A stretch of DNA of 64,000 nt from Klebsiella phage phiKp_32. A program made the translations under genes and the position numbers. Of the stretch, positions 46,697 to 57,713 are shown in pieces; position 1 is the stretch's first letter, and each line of letters begins with the position of its first letter. The stretch is taken from the sequence record LC768500.1, one strand, 5' to 3'. The notes beneath the pieces were generated by a model. The model was not told where the DNA came from, did not search any database, and saw only the letters and a program-made list of their open reading frames with translations.

Positions 46697-48194
46697 TAAA
46701 AAAGATCCTGTTGTTACCACCTATCCTTTAATTGGAGAAGGTGGTAAAGTGGTCCCGGGAGACCAAGAAGAACAATTGATCGATCTCGACGCCGCCTACA
46801 AGAAGACAGGTGAAACGAAAACCAATGAGCTTGTAGAAGGCCTGGAGCGTTACATCAACCAAAAAATTCTCGGTAAACGGGAAATGGAATTAGCTGGAGT
46901 TAAAGGAGGGGAGAATTTCGATCCCCTCCCATCCAGACGTAATGCCGTGTTGGGAGGAGAATCTTTCCTCACCGCTGTAAAAGACGGTTTTTTGAAGATC
47001 ATTGATTTCATTATCAAGTTTATCAAAGGCGCCGTTAACTGGGTTATCGAACGCATTAAAGTCTTACTGGGCTTTAGTAAGACAAAGGCCGAGATTAAAG
47101 CCTGCGAAGACGCCAGATCTGATATGGAGAAAGAGGTCAAATCCACCCTGTCTGGATTCGGAATCAACCCTTCTTTCTACAGCCTGGATCAGCTGGTTGA
47201 ATCAGCGCCTCGTGGTATCGATCGGGTCGAAATGATTAAATACCTTTCAGCCAAATCTAAAAACGAAACCGAGATGGCGAAAGCACTCACTGGCGTTATT
47301 CCTGACCTGACAACACTGACCCGTAAGTTAAGAGATTCTTCCGATAGCTTGACTAAACGGTACAAGCGATTCAAAGTTGTTCTGGAAGACACCCGTAAGA
47401 AATTGGCCGCTAATAGAGTTGGAGATGCTGACGCTTACGAGCTGTCTAAAGCCATCAAAGACGTCATGGTCATTTCCGAAGACTATGGAGATGTGGTCGC
47501 TTCTTTGTCTGCGGTTGTATCTAAACTGTATGGGGTTAATCTCGATGACTCTAAAATCCTTAAAGAGGGATTTGGGGTTTTACGAGAAAATATTGCCCGA
47601 AATCGTGCGGTTGCAACCAGTAAGCTCAATCCGGAAAAACTGACTGGTCTTTACGCGGAAATCGGAACGTTAAATAACCGGATTATTTCTGAATCGGGTA
47701 ATACGTTCGATTTATCTCACGTCGACACTAAAGTTCTAAAAGAAGTGGTCTCTTTGGATGACGCCAGTTTCATCAATAATTTATCTGATGTGGTCGGTAA
47801 TCGTCAACTCATTGCAGACTATCAGGCTATGGCTGTTTCCGTCAGGGACTTTACTGCGATTCTGGAATCGTCTTCTGCTATTTGTGCTGATATCTCCCGT
47901 GAAATCGCTAATTTCACTAAGTGGAAAAACAACGTAGATATGTATCTCGCCGTAGCGGTTACGGAAGATCTTAAACTGATCGCTTCTACACTGATCGCTT
48001 CTGCGGGAGCCGGGGAATATGATCTCGACAAGTTAGGTAAGAGCAAACCTGTTGTTCTACCTGAACCCGGCCTGGTCAAGAAGACCGGTTTGATCACCCA
48101 GGAAATTCTCGACGCCGATCTCCATGGTGTTACTACCGCTGTTAACAATTTTGCGAAAACTGCGGGACTCAACGTGAGGGTTAAACCACGATGA
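46689..48194 (+). CDS. hypothetical protein (501 aa)
   Basis: Long ORF; start overlaps the stop of the previous gene. Confidence 0.55.
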   Translation: MTDKKDPVVTTYPLIGEGGKVVPGDQEEQLIDLDAAYKKTGETKTNELVEGLERYINQKILGKREMELAGVKGGENFDPLPSRRNAVLGGESFLTAVKDGFLKIIDFIIKFIKGAVNWVIERIKVLLGFSKTKAEIKACEDARSDMEKEVKSTLSGFGINPSFYSLDQLVESAPRGIDRVEMIKYLSAKSKNETEMAKALTGVIPDLTTLTRKLRDSSDSLTKRYKRFKVVLEDTRKKLAANRVGDADAYELSKAIKDVMVISEDYGDVVASLSAVVSKLYGVNLDDSKILKEGFGVLRENIARNRAVATSKLNPEKLTGLYAEIGTLNNRIISESGNTFDLSHVDTKVLKEVVSLDDASFINNLSDVVGNRQLIADYQAMAVSVRDFTAILESSSAICADISREIANFTKWKNNVDMYLAVAVTEDLKLIASTLIASAGAGEYDLDKLGKSKPVVLPEPGLVKKTGLITQEILDADLHGVTTAVNNFAKTAGLNVRVKPR

Positions 48195-48871
48195 ACGAAA
48201 CCCTAGAAAAATTGCTGAGTAACGCGCTGACTCACGATAGTGATTGGGAAGGCGACGCTCAACAATTTAAAGAAGGCATAAAGGAGATTCATCAGCTCCT
48301 GGAACGTCGACTGGATGCCAAGCTTCTGATGGAAGCTCTCGCTTTCTTCGACGCGTGTGAAGAAACCATCATCGACGTAAGAGCCAGGATGGTGACTGGT
48401 CCTTCTAAAGTCAATAACGATTTATTCTATAATTTCTGTAAATTTAAATATACACAGAAAATCATGGGAATCTCGGTATTGGCGGATGGCGTTTTAGTCG
48501 CTAAGGATTTCGATACTGCTATTGGTGCGGTGGTTGATGATTTGTTTAAATCATTTAATCAATCTACTGATAACGATCGTTTCCATAAAGCGATTTGTCT
48601 TCGTCGTGATGTGAAACGACTTAAGATCGCGTTGGAAGATCCTTATACCTTTAACCTGGGTGTGGATTGGACAGCCATTGAACCGAAAGAAGATTACATC
48701 GAAGACTCTACCGATCTTGATTTCTTGAAAGCATCGAGAGAACGTCTTGCTGTTAACGAAACGTCTTACGAGTTCTGGGCGATCGAAAATCGTATCCGTC
48801 AAATTACGTCGGAGAACTACATCCGTCGTTCGTTCTTAGAGCGTCTTGGTCTTTACTACAAAAAAGATTAA
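48191..48871 (+). CDS. hypothetical protein (226 aa)
   Basis: ATGA overlap with the upstream gene; gaggg SD. Confidence 0.55.
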   Translation: MNETLEKLLSNALTHDSDWEGDAQQFKEGIKEIHQLLERRLDAKLLMEALAFFDACEETIIDVRARMVTGPSKVNNDLFYNFCKFKYTQKIMGISVLADGVLVAKDFDTAIGAVVDDLFKSFNQSTDNDRFHKAICLRRDVKRLKIALEDPYTFNLGVDWTAIEPKEDYIEDSTDLDFLKASRERLAVNETSYEFWAIENRIRQITSENYIRRSFLERLGLYYKKD

Positions 48872-48877
48872 TGTTAA

Positions 48878-48910
48878 ATACTCCTCCTACCCTAGGGTAG
48901 GAGGAGTATA
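48878..48910. terminator. bidirectional terminator hairpin (CTCCTCCTACCC family)
   Basis: Perfect 15-bp stem atactcctcctaccc-tag-gggtaggaggagtat. Confidence 0.5.
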
Positions 48911-48912
48911 GT

Positions 48913-51828
48913 TTAGGATTTATGCAATTTAAAGTTTAAAGTAATATCTTCAGCAATTGTCAACAACGTGTTATTGTTGTTGTTCAACACTTTACGAATA
49001 CTGAACCCAGTTGTAGCGTCTTTGTTACTAATGACATCGATGCTAGTAGACCCTGCAAACGATTCCAGTTTTATATCAACCACATCGTCACCAGAAATAT
49101 CTTTAAGTGCGGAGATAAGACTGGAGTTAGAAATGGTTGAGTTGGCCAGCATGTTGTTGATAGTCTCAGGATATGTGTTAGCGAGACTGGTCTGCAGCGC
49201 GTCCGACTCATACCCATTTTTGGTTAAGTAAACCGTAATGGAGAAACTGAGATCGCTCCTAATCGTCGTTTCGATATCAGCGTTGATGATGACATCGATA
49301 TTCCCGATCTTAGCTTTAGGAAGAAACTTGACTTTGGTTTCGTCCAGGCTTCGATTGTTAATCGCTGTCATATCTTGCTTGATATTATCAGTCAGATAGG
49401 TTTTGGTCGACTCATCGAAATCTTTATCGTACGTATCGGTCGTGAAGAAGTAAGAGCCGTCAAACCCTAAGAAGTCGAAGCTGTACTGCAGCTTCCTAGG
49501 TTCAACTTCTACGTTGTTACCGTCGGCGTCTTTAACAAAATCGCCGATGAGATATTTGTACGTCGGATTACCTTGAGCATCCAGAATAGGGTCGCCTTTC
49601 TTATGCAAGAAGATCGGAAGACCATCATTGCCTAAAACCAGTTTCCCTTCGTCATCACGCTGAGGATAATCTTTATCATAAGTATCCGGAACGTTGTAAG
49701 TGTACTTCTGATAACGCGCGTCGCCAGTGATCGGTCGGATACGAGTGTACATGTAATCGAGGCTCTGCCCCAGAGTAATGTTCCACTGCGTTTCGATAAT
49801 CGCTTGCATATCAGCAGAGAAAAGACTAGAGGCGATTTTGTTGTCGCTATCTGATCTGTTCGTTGCATCATCAGTAGTTTTAAGTAGAAGGAAACTGAAT
49901 GCGTTAGTCAGACTACTTGGGATATTATTTGCGTCCGCGTCGTACTGAGTCAGGTTGTTAAGATAAAGCAAATCGTTGTTATCGATGTCAAAGTTGCTCG
50001 ATAATACAAACTGCCAAATCCTTTCACCGGAACTGTTGACCCCTACCAATTCACCCTTAACAGATGCGAGCGCTGCTGCGTTAGCTGGGGTGAAACAGAG
50101 TTGTGCTCCGACCTCACTATCCTCCAAAGCCTTGTACTCTTTACCAGACTTACAAACAAGAGTAAAGACGTAGCCCGTTTTCGTTACGGAGACGTTAATA
50201 CTTGATACACCGAGCTCTATCCCCAGGTTGGTGTTCTCGTATAAGAATCTCTGGTAGTTGCCGGTAGGAGAATCCATCCGGTACATTCTTAACGACGCTT
50301 GATTGTCGGTAAGATCCATGACGTAATGGAACGGAGTGTAAACCAACGCATTCCCATTGACATAGTTGGAAATAGCCTCAAACCCGGAATTCTGGATAGC
50401 GGTTAATTCCGTTAAGGGAACTATCCTGGTCGTCGTTTTCGAAATATCGAATACCGTCCTGCTCGGTATAGTGATCCGTTCGCCATTGTCAAACACCATT
50501 CCTGTCGCTACCAGATCTTCGGCACTTTGCAGAATCGATCCGATGTAGGTGTTCATGCTAGAAACCATCCCGTCTTTATTAGACTGAGCGGGAAGATCTC
50601 TGGACGCCTTGTACAGACGATTGGTGATGTAATCGATAGACAGCACTTCGTCGTAACCACGATCCTCAATATTGTAAGAATATTGATTAGGGGTGATCGG
50701 CAAACTGTCTCGGCGATTACCGTAGATGGCCGCCCGACGAACACTTTCAAAACTACGAGGATTCGCCCCACCCGTTACGGCGTTCACGGTAATCCAGGCT
50801 TGGTTATTCGCTTCCAACAACGGCGAGGAGTATACGCCCAATTGGTTGTTGTCGTAATTATAGTCGAGATATTCCGGTGTGTGATCCGCAACACTAATCG
50901 TTTTAAGATCCTGTTCGTAATAACCGACTGTCGTATAAACGTACAACGCGATCTTACCTACGCCCAACCCACTCGTTATGTAAGCAACCGGAACTTCATA
51001 GGTAAACGAACCGTTATCATTATCCAGGGAGATGACCAAAGTCGGTACAGTCGTATCGAAGTTGGCTTTGTTGTAGCTAATAGCCATCTCGGCAGTACTG
51101 CCGTCTGAATAAGTGATAAAGGCACGGATGGCGTAAAGATAGTTACTGAAATAAAAGGTGTCTTTAGCCAAGCCGGAGGCTGCCGTTGTCGCGATATTGA
51201 ACTTAGGTGTGTTGTTCAATTGACGAACAGGAACGAGGATGCGGAGGAACTTAACGTTGCTGATAACAACGTAGTCGGTATCCAGTACGTTCTCTGAAAT
51301 TGGATTGAGCGGATTGTTGACAGTTGAATCATAAACAACGCTATGGCCGCCATGTTCCATTAAACGAATTTCGAAACCGTTTTCAATACTGAAGTAAGTG
51401 GAGTTAACCAGAATTCGAGTATCTTTAGGAACCAGTAGTTTCCGATATTTGTTTACTACCGCGCCATCTTCTTCCTGGTATTCGACAGCCAGACGTTTTA
51501 TCTCACTCACTGGAATAAGATAAGCCATCGTTGTACTGCTAGGAACACCGAGCAAACCGTACCATTCTTCGTCAGATAGATTACGGCTGAGATCAGACAT
51601 GTTCCTCGCCTGGTTTTTATACATCTGAGCGGCTGCGTCACTATGTCGGCTCAGCAGTGTATACGCCTCACCCACGATCATATCCATAGCCGTGATAAAT
51701 GGATGTGTGGGGCTGTTAAAGGCGATGTTTTTACCTGACCATGCTTCTTCGATCATGGAGAGTACGTTAGGAATAACTCGAGTGGGGTTATTCGATATTT
51801 TTTCTAAGTCGGAGTAGGAATAACTCAT
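48913..51828 (-). CDS. large hypothetical protein (971 aa), possibly virion structural
   Basis: Long ORF; no motif recognised. Confidence 0.6.
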   Translation of the reverse strand: MSYSYSDLEKISNNPTRVIPNVLSMIEEAWSGKNIAFNSPTHPFITAMDMIVGEAYTLLSRHSDAAAQMYKNQARNMSDLSRNLSDEEWYGLLGVPSSTTMAYLIPVSEIKRLAVEYQEEDGAVVNKYRKLLVPKDTRILVNSTYFSIENGFEIRLMEHGGHSVVYDSTVNNPLNPISENVLDTDYVVISNVKFLRILVPVRQLNNTPKFNIATTAASGLAKDTFYFSNYLYAIRAFITYSDGSTAEMAISYNKANFDTTVPTLVISLDNDNGSFTYEVPVAYITSGLGVGKIALYVYTTVGYYEQDLKTISVADHTPEYLDYNYDNNQLGVYSSPLLEANNQAWITVNAVTGGANPRSFESVRRAAIYGNRRDSLPITPNQYSYNIEDRGYDEVLSIDYITNRLYKASRDLPAQSNKDGMVSSMNTYIGSILQSAEDLVATGMVFDNGERITIPSRTVFDISKTTTRIVPLTELTAIQNSGFEAISNYVNGNALVYTPFHYVMDLTDNQASLRMYRMDSPTGNYQRFLYENTNLGIELGVSSINVSVTKTGYVFTLVCKSGKEYKALEDSEVGAQLCFTPANAAALASVKGELVGVNSSGERIWQFVLSSNFDIDNNDLLYLNNLTQYDADANNIPSSLTNAFSFLLLKTTDDATNRSDSDNKIASSLFSADMQAIIETQWNITLGQSLDYMYTRIRPITGDARYQKYTYNVPDTYDKDYPQRDDEGKLVLGNDGLPIFLHKKGDPILDAQGNPTYKYLIGDFVKDADGNNVEVEPRKLQYSFDFLGFDGSYFFTTDTYDKDFDESTKTYLTDNIKQDMTAINNRSLDETKVKFLPKAKIGNIDVIINADIETTIRSDLSFSITVYLTKNGYESDALQTSLANTYPETINNMLANSTISNSSLISALKDISGDDVVDIKLESFAGSTSIDVISNKDATTGFSIRKVLNNNNNTLLTIAEDITLNFKLHKS

Positions 51829-52859
51829 TTAGCAGTCCACCATTCTAATTCCATGGTACTTAGGTTTATCCAAGGATAAACGTTGTATTGTTTTTCTAAG
51901 AATTCACTGGGTTGTATTTGACGATAGTAAGAGGAACGCTGATCATCGCCCATGTTAGGATTAAAGAATACGGTAGCGCCATTAAATCCGTCCACTACCT
52001 CAAACGTGTCAAACCTCGCCCCAACACTACTGAACTGAATTGTCAGTTCATCTTGTCCTTGACCGCGTCTGACAGTACTCTCGTTATCAATCGCCGACAT
52101 AGCACCCATGGGGTAAGTCACGGGGATGGATTGAACTGTCATGTACATGCTCTCTATATTTCGTAAGTTTTTGTTCATAATGAAATGATAGATGCGACAG
52201 TCGAAATCCCAGTAGTTACCAGCCAGCGCCTCAAGAGAAGGCTCCATCTCATTATCACCTAATCTCACTTCGGGAATATAACTTTCCCAAGTTTGGAAGA
52301 TGTAGGGAATGATACCCGGCTTTGGGTTATAGAACGTCGTGTTGATCGTCAGCGGCCCGTTCTCATCCAAAATCCCAACCGGGGCCTGATGAACCTCGTT
52401 ACGAATTCCCGGATTGCTTTTCCTGACTTCTAAATCTAAATCGGGGAACCCGTTACTGGCTTTACACAAGTTAGTCAGCGGCGCTATCCAGGCCAATTTA
52501 TTGTCGAGATCTGGATGCGGATAAAGGTTAGCTGAGCGATAATCCAATAACCCCCTGACATAAGCAGGAAGGCTATCAGTTTGTGCTTTATAGAAAGGGG
52601 CGAATCGAGGAGATTTTACAACGTTATCGTCTTCGAGATTTAAAACAGGGCGGGTGACGAAAAATAATCCTATGACGTTGTCTGCAATAGGCGTCATCTG
52701 TACGCCTGGTCCCAGAATACGGATTCCCTTTAAAGTATTTGCGAGGGGTGATGTATAGGAGGAACCTCCATTTGCTGTAAACACATCATCAAAGATGCTC
52801 AACCTGTCCGTTAGGGCTTCTCCAGTGAAGTTCTCGGAACTATTGAATTTGATATCCAT
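51825..52859 (-). CDS. hypothetical protein (344 aa)
   Basis: ATGA overlap with the downstream gene. Confidence 0.55.
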   Translation of the reverse strand: MDIKFNSSENFTGEALTDRLSIFDDVFTANGGSSYTSPLANTLKGIRILGPGVQMTPIADNVIGLFFVTRPVLNLEDDNVVKSPRFAPFYKAQTDSLPAYVRGLLDYRSANLYPHPDLDNKLAWIAPLTNLCKASNGFPDLDLEVRKSNPGIRNEVHQAPVGILDENGPLTINTTFYNPKPGIIPYIFQTWESYIPEVRLGDNEMEPSLEALAGNYWDFDCRIYHFIMNKNLRNIESMYMTVQSIPVTYPMGAMSAIDNESTVRRGQGQDELTIQFSSVGARFDTFEVVDGFNGATVFFNPNMGDDQRSSYYRQIQPSEFLEKQYNVYPWINLSTMELEWWTAK

Positions 52860-52887
52860 TATTTATTTCCAAAAAAGAGGAACGACT

Positions 52888-54003
52888 ATGATCACCGCTG
52901 TGCTGTCCTGGGCATCCGCTATTATTAGCTTAGCTAAGATGCTTAATCCTGACAACAAAAACTACGATGAGAGCAAAAAGGTCATTGATAAATTGGGTAG
53001 TGTGGCCGGAATCGTCAGCACGAGTTCCGCAGCTAAGTCAGCGCAACGCGCCATTATCAACCCGATGGTTGTGGTGGAGCGGCCGCTCCTCCACCAAGAA
53101 TATATGAATGAACTTTTAACGATCATACAATTACGCGACATCATGAACGTCCTGACCCACCTGAGTTTGCAGGGTGAAGTTGGCGGCGTTAAGATCGCTA
53201 AACTGATCGAAGGCATTAACCCGTCCCGTTCTGGTTTCCTTTCGCTGATGGGCGCCGAGTCTTTTGGTGGAACCAACATTCTTCCACCAGTGGCTGGGAC
53301 AGAAGCCGATCTGGTTACCGTTAAAGATAAAGACGGTGTGATGATCGACACTAAACTTCAAAATACCCTCAACGAATATTCCCCGCTCGCTCTGGGTAAA
53401 GTCGTTGGCGCCGAAGTTATCATCGATGGTAAACGCAACACGTTTCCACTGGTATTCCGCCAGGTACCGGTTCCTGCGGATACCAAACAGCTTGAGAACG
53501 TATTCCAGGTAGCCAAGCCTGAAGACGGCCTGCGCATGCGTATCATGATGCTCAAAACAGGCGAAATCACACCTGCCGAGTTCCTTACCGGTAGCGATCT
53601 GGTTAAGAAAGAATTCGCCGTTCGTAAGAACGATTTGACCGGGTACTACGAAGAAGCGCAAAAACGTGCGACTCGTAATCGTGCTGAGGCTATTCGCACT
53701 GGCGAAGCTTCCATGAACACAATGGCGAACGTCTTCGTTATGTCTTCCGATACCGCTCGTCAGATCGAACTCGAGATCGGCTTACGTTTTGCCAACGCCT
53801 CTTCTCGTGACCGCATTTTCAGCAAAACCGTTGCTAACACCATTGTGGTGGTCAACGAAGGCCGCGGTATATTTACGTTCTACACTCATGGCCAGGATAT
53901 GCCGGAAGTGTACACGCGTTCAGAAATCAAAGTGAAGGCTGCTAAAGATACCTCTTCTAACAGTCTGCAAGATTTGCTTAAACTCTTTAACGGTGGTGTA
54001 TAA
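52888..54003 (+). CDS. hypothetical protein; start placed at ATG with AAGAGGAA SD; C-terminal half codon-optimised
   Basis: The table ORF 52795 would overlap the divergent minus gene. ATG 52888 is preceded by aaaaaagaggaacgact. Confidence 0.5.
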   Translation: MITAVLSWASAIISLAKMLNPDNKNYDESKKVIDKLGSVAGIVSTSSAAKSAQRAIINPMVVVERPLLHQEYMNELLTIIQLRDIMNVLTHLSLQGEVGGVKIAKLIEGINPSRSGFLSLMGAESFGGTNILPPVAGTEADLVTVKDKDGVMIDTKLQNTLNEYSPLALGKVVGAEVIIDGKRNTFPLVFRQVPVPADTKQLENVFQVAKPEDGLRMRIMMLKTGEITPAEFLTGSDLVKKEFAVRKNDLTGYYEEAQKRATRNRAEAIRTGEASMNTMANVFVMSSDTARQIELEIGLRFANASSRDRIFSKTVANTIVVVNEGRGIFTFYTHGQDMPEVYTRSEIKVKAAKDTSSNSLQDLLKLFNGGV

Positions 54004-54878
54004 TGGATCTGGTGAAATACGCTAAAGGCGTAAAGTCGCTTAAAAAGAAAGACGTCTACGATACAATCGCGTTACAGAAAGGCATGGTAAGCACGATCAA
54101 AAACATGCTCGCCCTCAACGCCAGTAACGACGTCGGATACGACCAGTACGCTCAGCGCTGGGCACTGACCAAAGGGATCCTCAAAGACGTTGGTCGTCGG
54201 GTAACTAATCCGACCATGACCGACATTTTTGTCGATTCGATTAAAGGGATCGAATTCATCCTGTCTCGTCTGGAACAACAGGCTAAAGGTATCGACGACA
54301 CCATTGACGGAGCAACCCTGACTATCAAAGAAACCAATATCCTGATCATCCTGGATAACATTGGTTATTGGACGGGTTACACTCTGGACCTGGTGGAAGT
54401 CCTTTCTTCTTTTGCGCTGGAAGGCAAAGAAGATGAGCGCGGTATTAATAAAGCCGACCTGACTTTCCTTAATAAGACTTGGTCTTATTATTCCGATCTC
54501 TCGGTTCAGTTCATGGCTGAGCCCGACCAGATCGTTCGTCGTTTAGAGAAACTCTCTGACGTGCCGGCGGATCAGGATAGTGTGGATATTGTTCAGAACG
54601 CCAAAGGTCGTGACGCTGTTAACGCGATGAGAGGGTTCGGGATTCATACCGTTCTGCCGGCCTACTGGATTCTCGATATTAAGAAAAATATCGATCTCGG
54701 TCGTATCAAAGCTAATCAGAAGCGCATCGAAATTCACTCGATGAAACTTGAGCAGCTGATGAACAAACGTAATGGTAGCAACGATCCTCACTTGGATCGC
54801 CAGATTGAAATCTACCAAAACGACATCATCAAGGCTAAGGCTAAAATCGAAGATATCGTTGAAAGCTATCAGGTGTAA
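54003..54878 (+). CDS. hypothetical protein (291 aa)
   Basis: taATGg start overlapping the stop of the previous gene. Confidence 0.55.
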   Translation: MDLVKYAKGVKSLKKKDVYDTIALQKGMVSTIKNMLALNASNDVGYDQYAQRWALTKGILKDVGRRVTNPTMTDIFVDSIKGIEFILSRLEQQAKGIDDTIDGATLTIKETNILIILDNIGYWTGYTLDLVEVLSSFALEGKEDERGINKADLTFLNKTWSYYSDLSVQFMAEPDQIVRRLEKLSDVPADQDSVDIVQNAKGRDAVNAMRGFGIHTVLPAYWILDIKKNIDLGRIKANQKRIEIHSMKLEQLMNKRNGSNDPHLDRQIEIYQNDIIKAKAKIEDIVESYQV

Positions 54879-54889
54879 GGGAGTTCATT

Positions 54890-55405
54890 ATGCCGAATTA
54901 CCGTTCGAGCAAATACGGTATGGTGAGCGCGGATCTTTTGGATCCCTCCCTTACCGCTGTTAACGATCTATTAAAACTCTATCTCAGAAATGCGGGCCAA
55001 GATTTCGAATTCGGCATTGCGCCTAAGAACATTCAGGAAGTGTTCCGGAACGTCAACACTCTGATGGCTAACGATTTCCGTGCTTGGCTGGCGGCTAACT
55101 ACAACGATGGCGTCGGGCTGCGATCAGATATGGTCCGTCGGGTGCTGGGTTTTCTTTCTGGTGAGCTGACGGGTCAGCTGGTCGTAGAAGGTATCCGGAT
55201 GGACCAGATCAAGGTCAGACATCTGAAACGCATCGGTGGGGAGGCTAAACCTTATCTCCCCACCCCTACCAAAAGAAATGAAAAATGGCATGATGCTCTG
55301 AACAATGTCTTACCTAACGATTTCTACAGTTTGGTAGAGGGTATCGGCTTACAGGCATTAGTTTGTTTAATGCTGACGTTAAGTGGGGAAACAGGCGATG
55401 TCTGA
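54890..55405 (+). CDS. hypothetical protein (171 aa)
   Basis: aagggag SD upstream. Confidence 0.5.
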   Translation: MPNYRSSKYGMVSADLLDPSLTAVNDLLKLYLRNAGQDFEFGIAPKNIQEVFRNVNTLMANDFRAWLAANYNDGVGLRSDMVRRVLGFLSGELTGQLVVEGIRMDQIKVRHLKRIGGEAKPYLPTPTKRNEKWHDALNNVLPNDFYSLVEGIGLQALVCLMLTLSGETGDV

Positions 55406-56693
55406 TGTCGATAAGATTTCAAAAGAACTTTCGGAGATTTCCATTACTCACTCTTCCGAGTTAATCGAAGCCGCCGAAGAATCCAACCAGATGGCTGAAT
55501 TTGCTGATCGACTCTCCGAGTCGGCTGACAGGGCTTTGGTTATAAAAGAAATGCTTCAGAACGTTAACCCCACCGCGGTAACCGTTTCTTTTGGTTCAGC
55601 CATTGATAAACAGTTAAACCGTATTGGGGTGATGGACGTCATTAATAAGACGTCAGCTGACGTTTTAGGTGCGGAAGCATTGGGAAGAACCCTGATGCCT
55701 TCGGCCTATCTCCAAAGCCGTATAGCCGGCTGTGAGTCTTTTATTGGCGATGCCTTATCCAAGGCTAAGAAAATGCTGATAGCGGCGTCTGAGAGCATTA
55801 GGGACCGCTATATCCTCATTAAGGAATCTAATCGTTCTTTGGCGAGAAGAATTCTCTTAGTAGAAGAGAAGTTGAGTAAAGCCCCAGGTCCTTTAGTTCA
55901 CGGTCAGTTTAAAATTAAACTTGATCGTAATCCTCGGCTTTTCCTGGTTGATGGCGTGGTTAAAGAGCAGTGGGGAGCACAACTTGAGCGAGTGGATAAA
56001 TCCATTTCTGCGCTCATGTCGAACTACTACAAAAATAACCGCAGTTCTATCAACGAACTTCTTTCTTATTTCGGCGGGTTCTCCCATCTCGAAGAAGACC
56101 GTGCTATCGAACGTCTTTTGTCTATGCCGAGTATGATCAGCCATTACACCTTTAAGGAATGCTTATATCCCAACCGGGAACTTTCTAAGGACGGTGTGAA
56201 GGTAATGCAGTCGGTGGAACTTATGGGCGGCCGTCGTTTCCTTAACGCGGTGTATGAGAAGAAACCAAAGCAGCTTGAGTCTCTGGAAGAACTCTCCCGG
56301 TACTTCACCCAGATCCTTGAAAACGAATACGTTAAGTTCGTTGCCACCGAAAAAGTTGAATTGAATAAAGATATTGAGATCTCCAGTCTCTCTACTTTAG
56401 AAATCAAGGTTATTCTTAAACTCTGTTCAGGTATCCTTGATAAAACAGAAAGCCTGTTCAGCGAAGGCGATCAGTATTCGGTGGAAGGAAAGGATTATTT
56501 GGAAATGATTAATGTCATTTCTGATAACAACTGGGATGACAAACTCAAGTCTACCGTCGTCAGGTATTTCGAACAGCTCGCTTTGAAATATAATAAAGAG
56601 ATGCTGAACAACCGTGTGGCGGTGGTGGAATATCTGACCCTGCTTATCAATGGACTGTTAAACATCGCTGAACGCAGCATAGACGGCGAATAG
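55398..56693 (+). CDS. hypothetical protein (ATG start inside table ORF 55383)
   Basis: ggggaaacagg SD-like sequence then ATG. Confidence 0.5.
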   Translation: MSDVDKISKELSEISITHSSELIEAAEESNQMAEFADRLSESADRALVIKEMLQNVNPTAVTVSFGSAIDKQLNRIGVMDVINKTSADVLGAEALGRTLMPSAYLQSRIAGCESFIGDALSKAKKMLIAASESIRDRYILIKESNRSLARRILLVEEKLSKAPGPLVHGQFKIKLDRNPRLFLVDGVVKEQWGAQLERVDKSISALMSNYYKNNRSSINELLSYFGGFSHLEEDRAIERLLSMPSMISHYTFKECLYPNRELSKDGVKVMQSVELMGGRRFLNAVYEKKPKQLESLEELSRYFTQILENEYVKFVATEKVELNKDIEISSLSTLEIKVILKLCSGILDKTESLFSEGDQYSVEGKDYLEMINVISDNNWDDKLKSTVVRYFEQLALKYNKEMLNNRVAVVEYLTLLINGLLNIAERSIDGE

Positions 56694-56701
56694 GAGGTAT
56701 C

Positions 56702-57676
56702 ATGTCGCTAGAGCGCATTATGCTTTCTAAAAAGGCACAGGGCCAACATCAGGATTTGATGGATGCGTTGAATCAGTTTAACGTCGTTACGGGAAACGAA
56801 ACCTTATTTGACGACGTTAAGCTTATCGGTACAAACGTTTTATCCCGGACCGCTGTGTTGGCTGGAAAAGGTATAACTGAGTTGAATAATCTCTTTACCG
56901 TTGGTACTCGTAAGGCCATGGTGAAGTTTGGGACTAATCGTCAGGCTATCTCTGTTTTATCCAGGGATGTCCCTAAACGAGAGCTCAAAGAAGAGGTTGT
57001 TCTTCCAGCGTCCTTTGTCAACAACGTGACCTCAGAGGGTGACCTGGGTACGGTTATCGATGATACTCGGACCCTCAGTCAAACACTGGATCTGTTGGTT
57101 CGTCATCTCAATGATATCGACGCATACCTGAAACAGCAACTGGGTTACGTAAAGGACATTGGGAACGTTCGTACTAATGATCAGGGCGTGGCTTTGATTC
57201 AGAAATACGACAAACTATCCTATCCGGCATTACAACTACCTATTCACGCTAATTTTATAGCCTCTTCGCACCCCTTGCCCGGAGGGAAGATTTTAACTTA
57301 CGATGATAAACGTCATGTTTATTCTATGTCTGGTAAAAAGCCCCACGGCGAAGCCCAACCTTATCCTGCTCAATTAGATACGGTTGGATGGTTACGAGCG
57401 GTTAATGGCGTCAACGATCATTTACAGCGCTTAATCAAGTATATGTACGAGTACAATACTTTTGTTAAGAACTGGGCTAGTGCGGTGAAATCAGCGTACC
57501 CTCATCTCGAAAGAGAAGATAACCTGAGTGAGTCCGTTTCTAAGCAGCTCGAAAGAATGCTTGATGGTAACGTCAACATTATGCAATTGTATAGCGGATT
57601 ACTCCCTCGTCTTATTGGATACACGGATAAGTATATCCAGGATGTGTTAGGGTCCGTCAACAAACTTCTTAATTAA
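56702..57676 (+). CDS. hypothetical protein (324 aa)
   Basis: taggaggt SD upstream. Confidence 0.55.
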   Translation: MSLERIMLSKKAQGQHQDLMDALNQFNVVTGNETLFDDVKLIGTNVLSRTAVLAGKGITELNNLFTVGTRKAMVKFGTNRQAISVLSRDVPKRELKEEVVLPASFVNNVTSEGDLGTVIDDTRTLSQTLDLLVRHLNDIDAYLKQQLGYVKDIGNVRTNDQGVALIQKYDKLSYPALQLPIHANFIASSHPLPGGKILTYDDKRHVYSMSGKKPHGEAQPYPAQLDTVGWLRAVNGVNDHLQRLIKYMYEYNTFVKNWASAVKSAYPHLEREDNLSESVSKQLERMLDGNVNIMQLYSGLLPRLIGYTDKYIQDVLGSVNKLLN

Positions 57677-57713
57677 TAAGTTTTACATCAAATCTCTCTA
57701 GAGGATTTAAATA

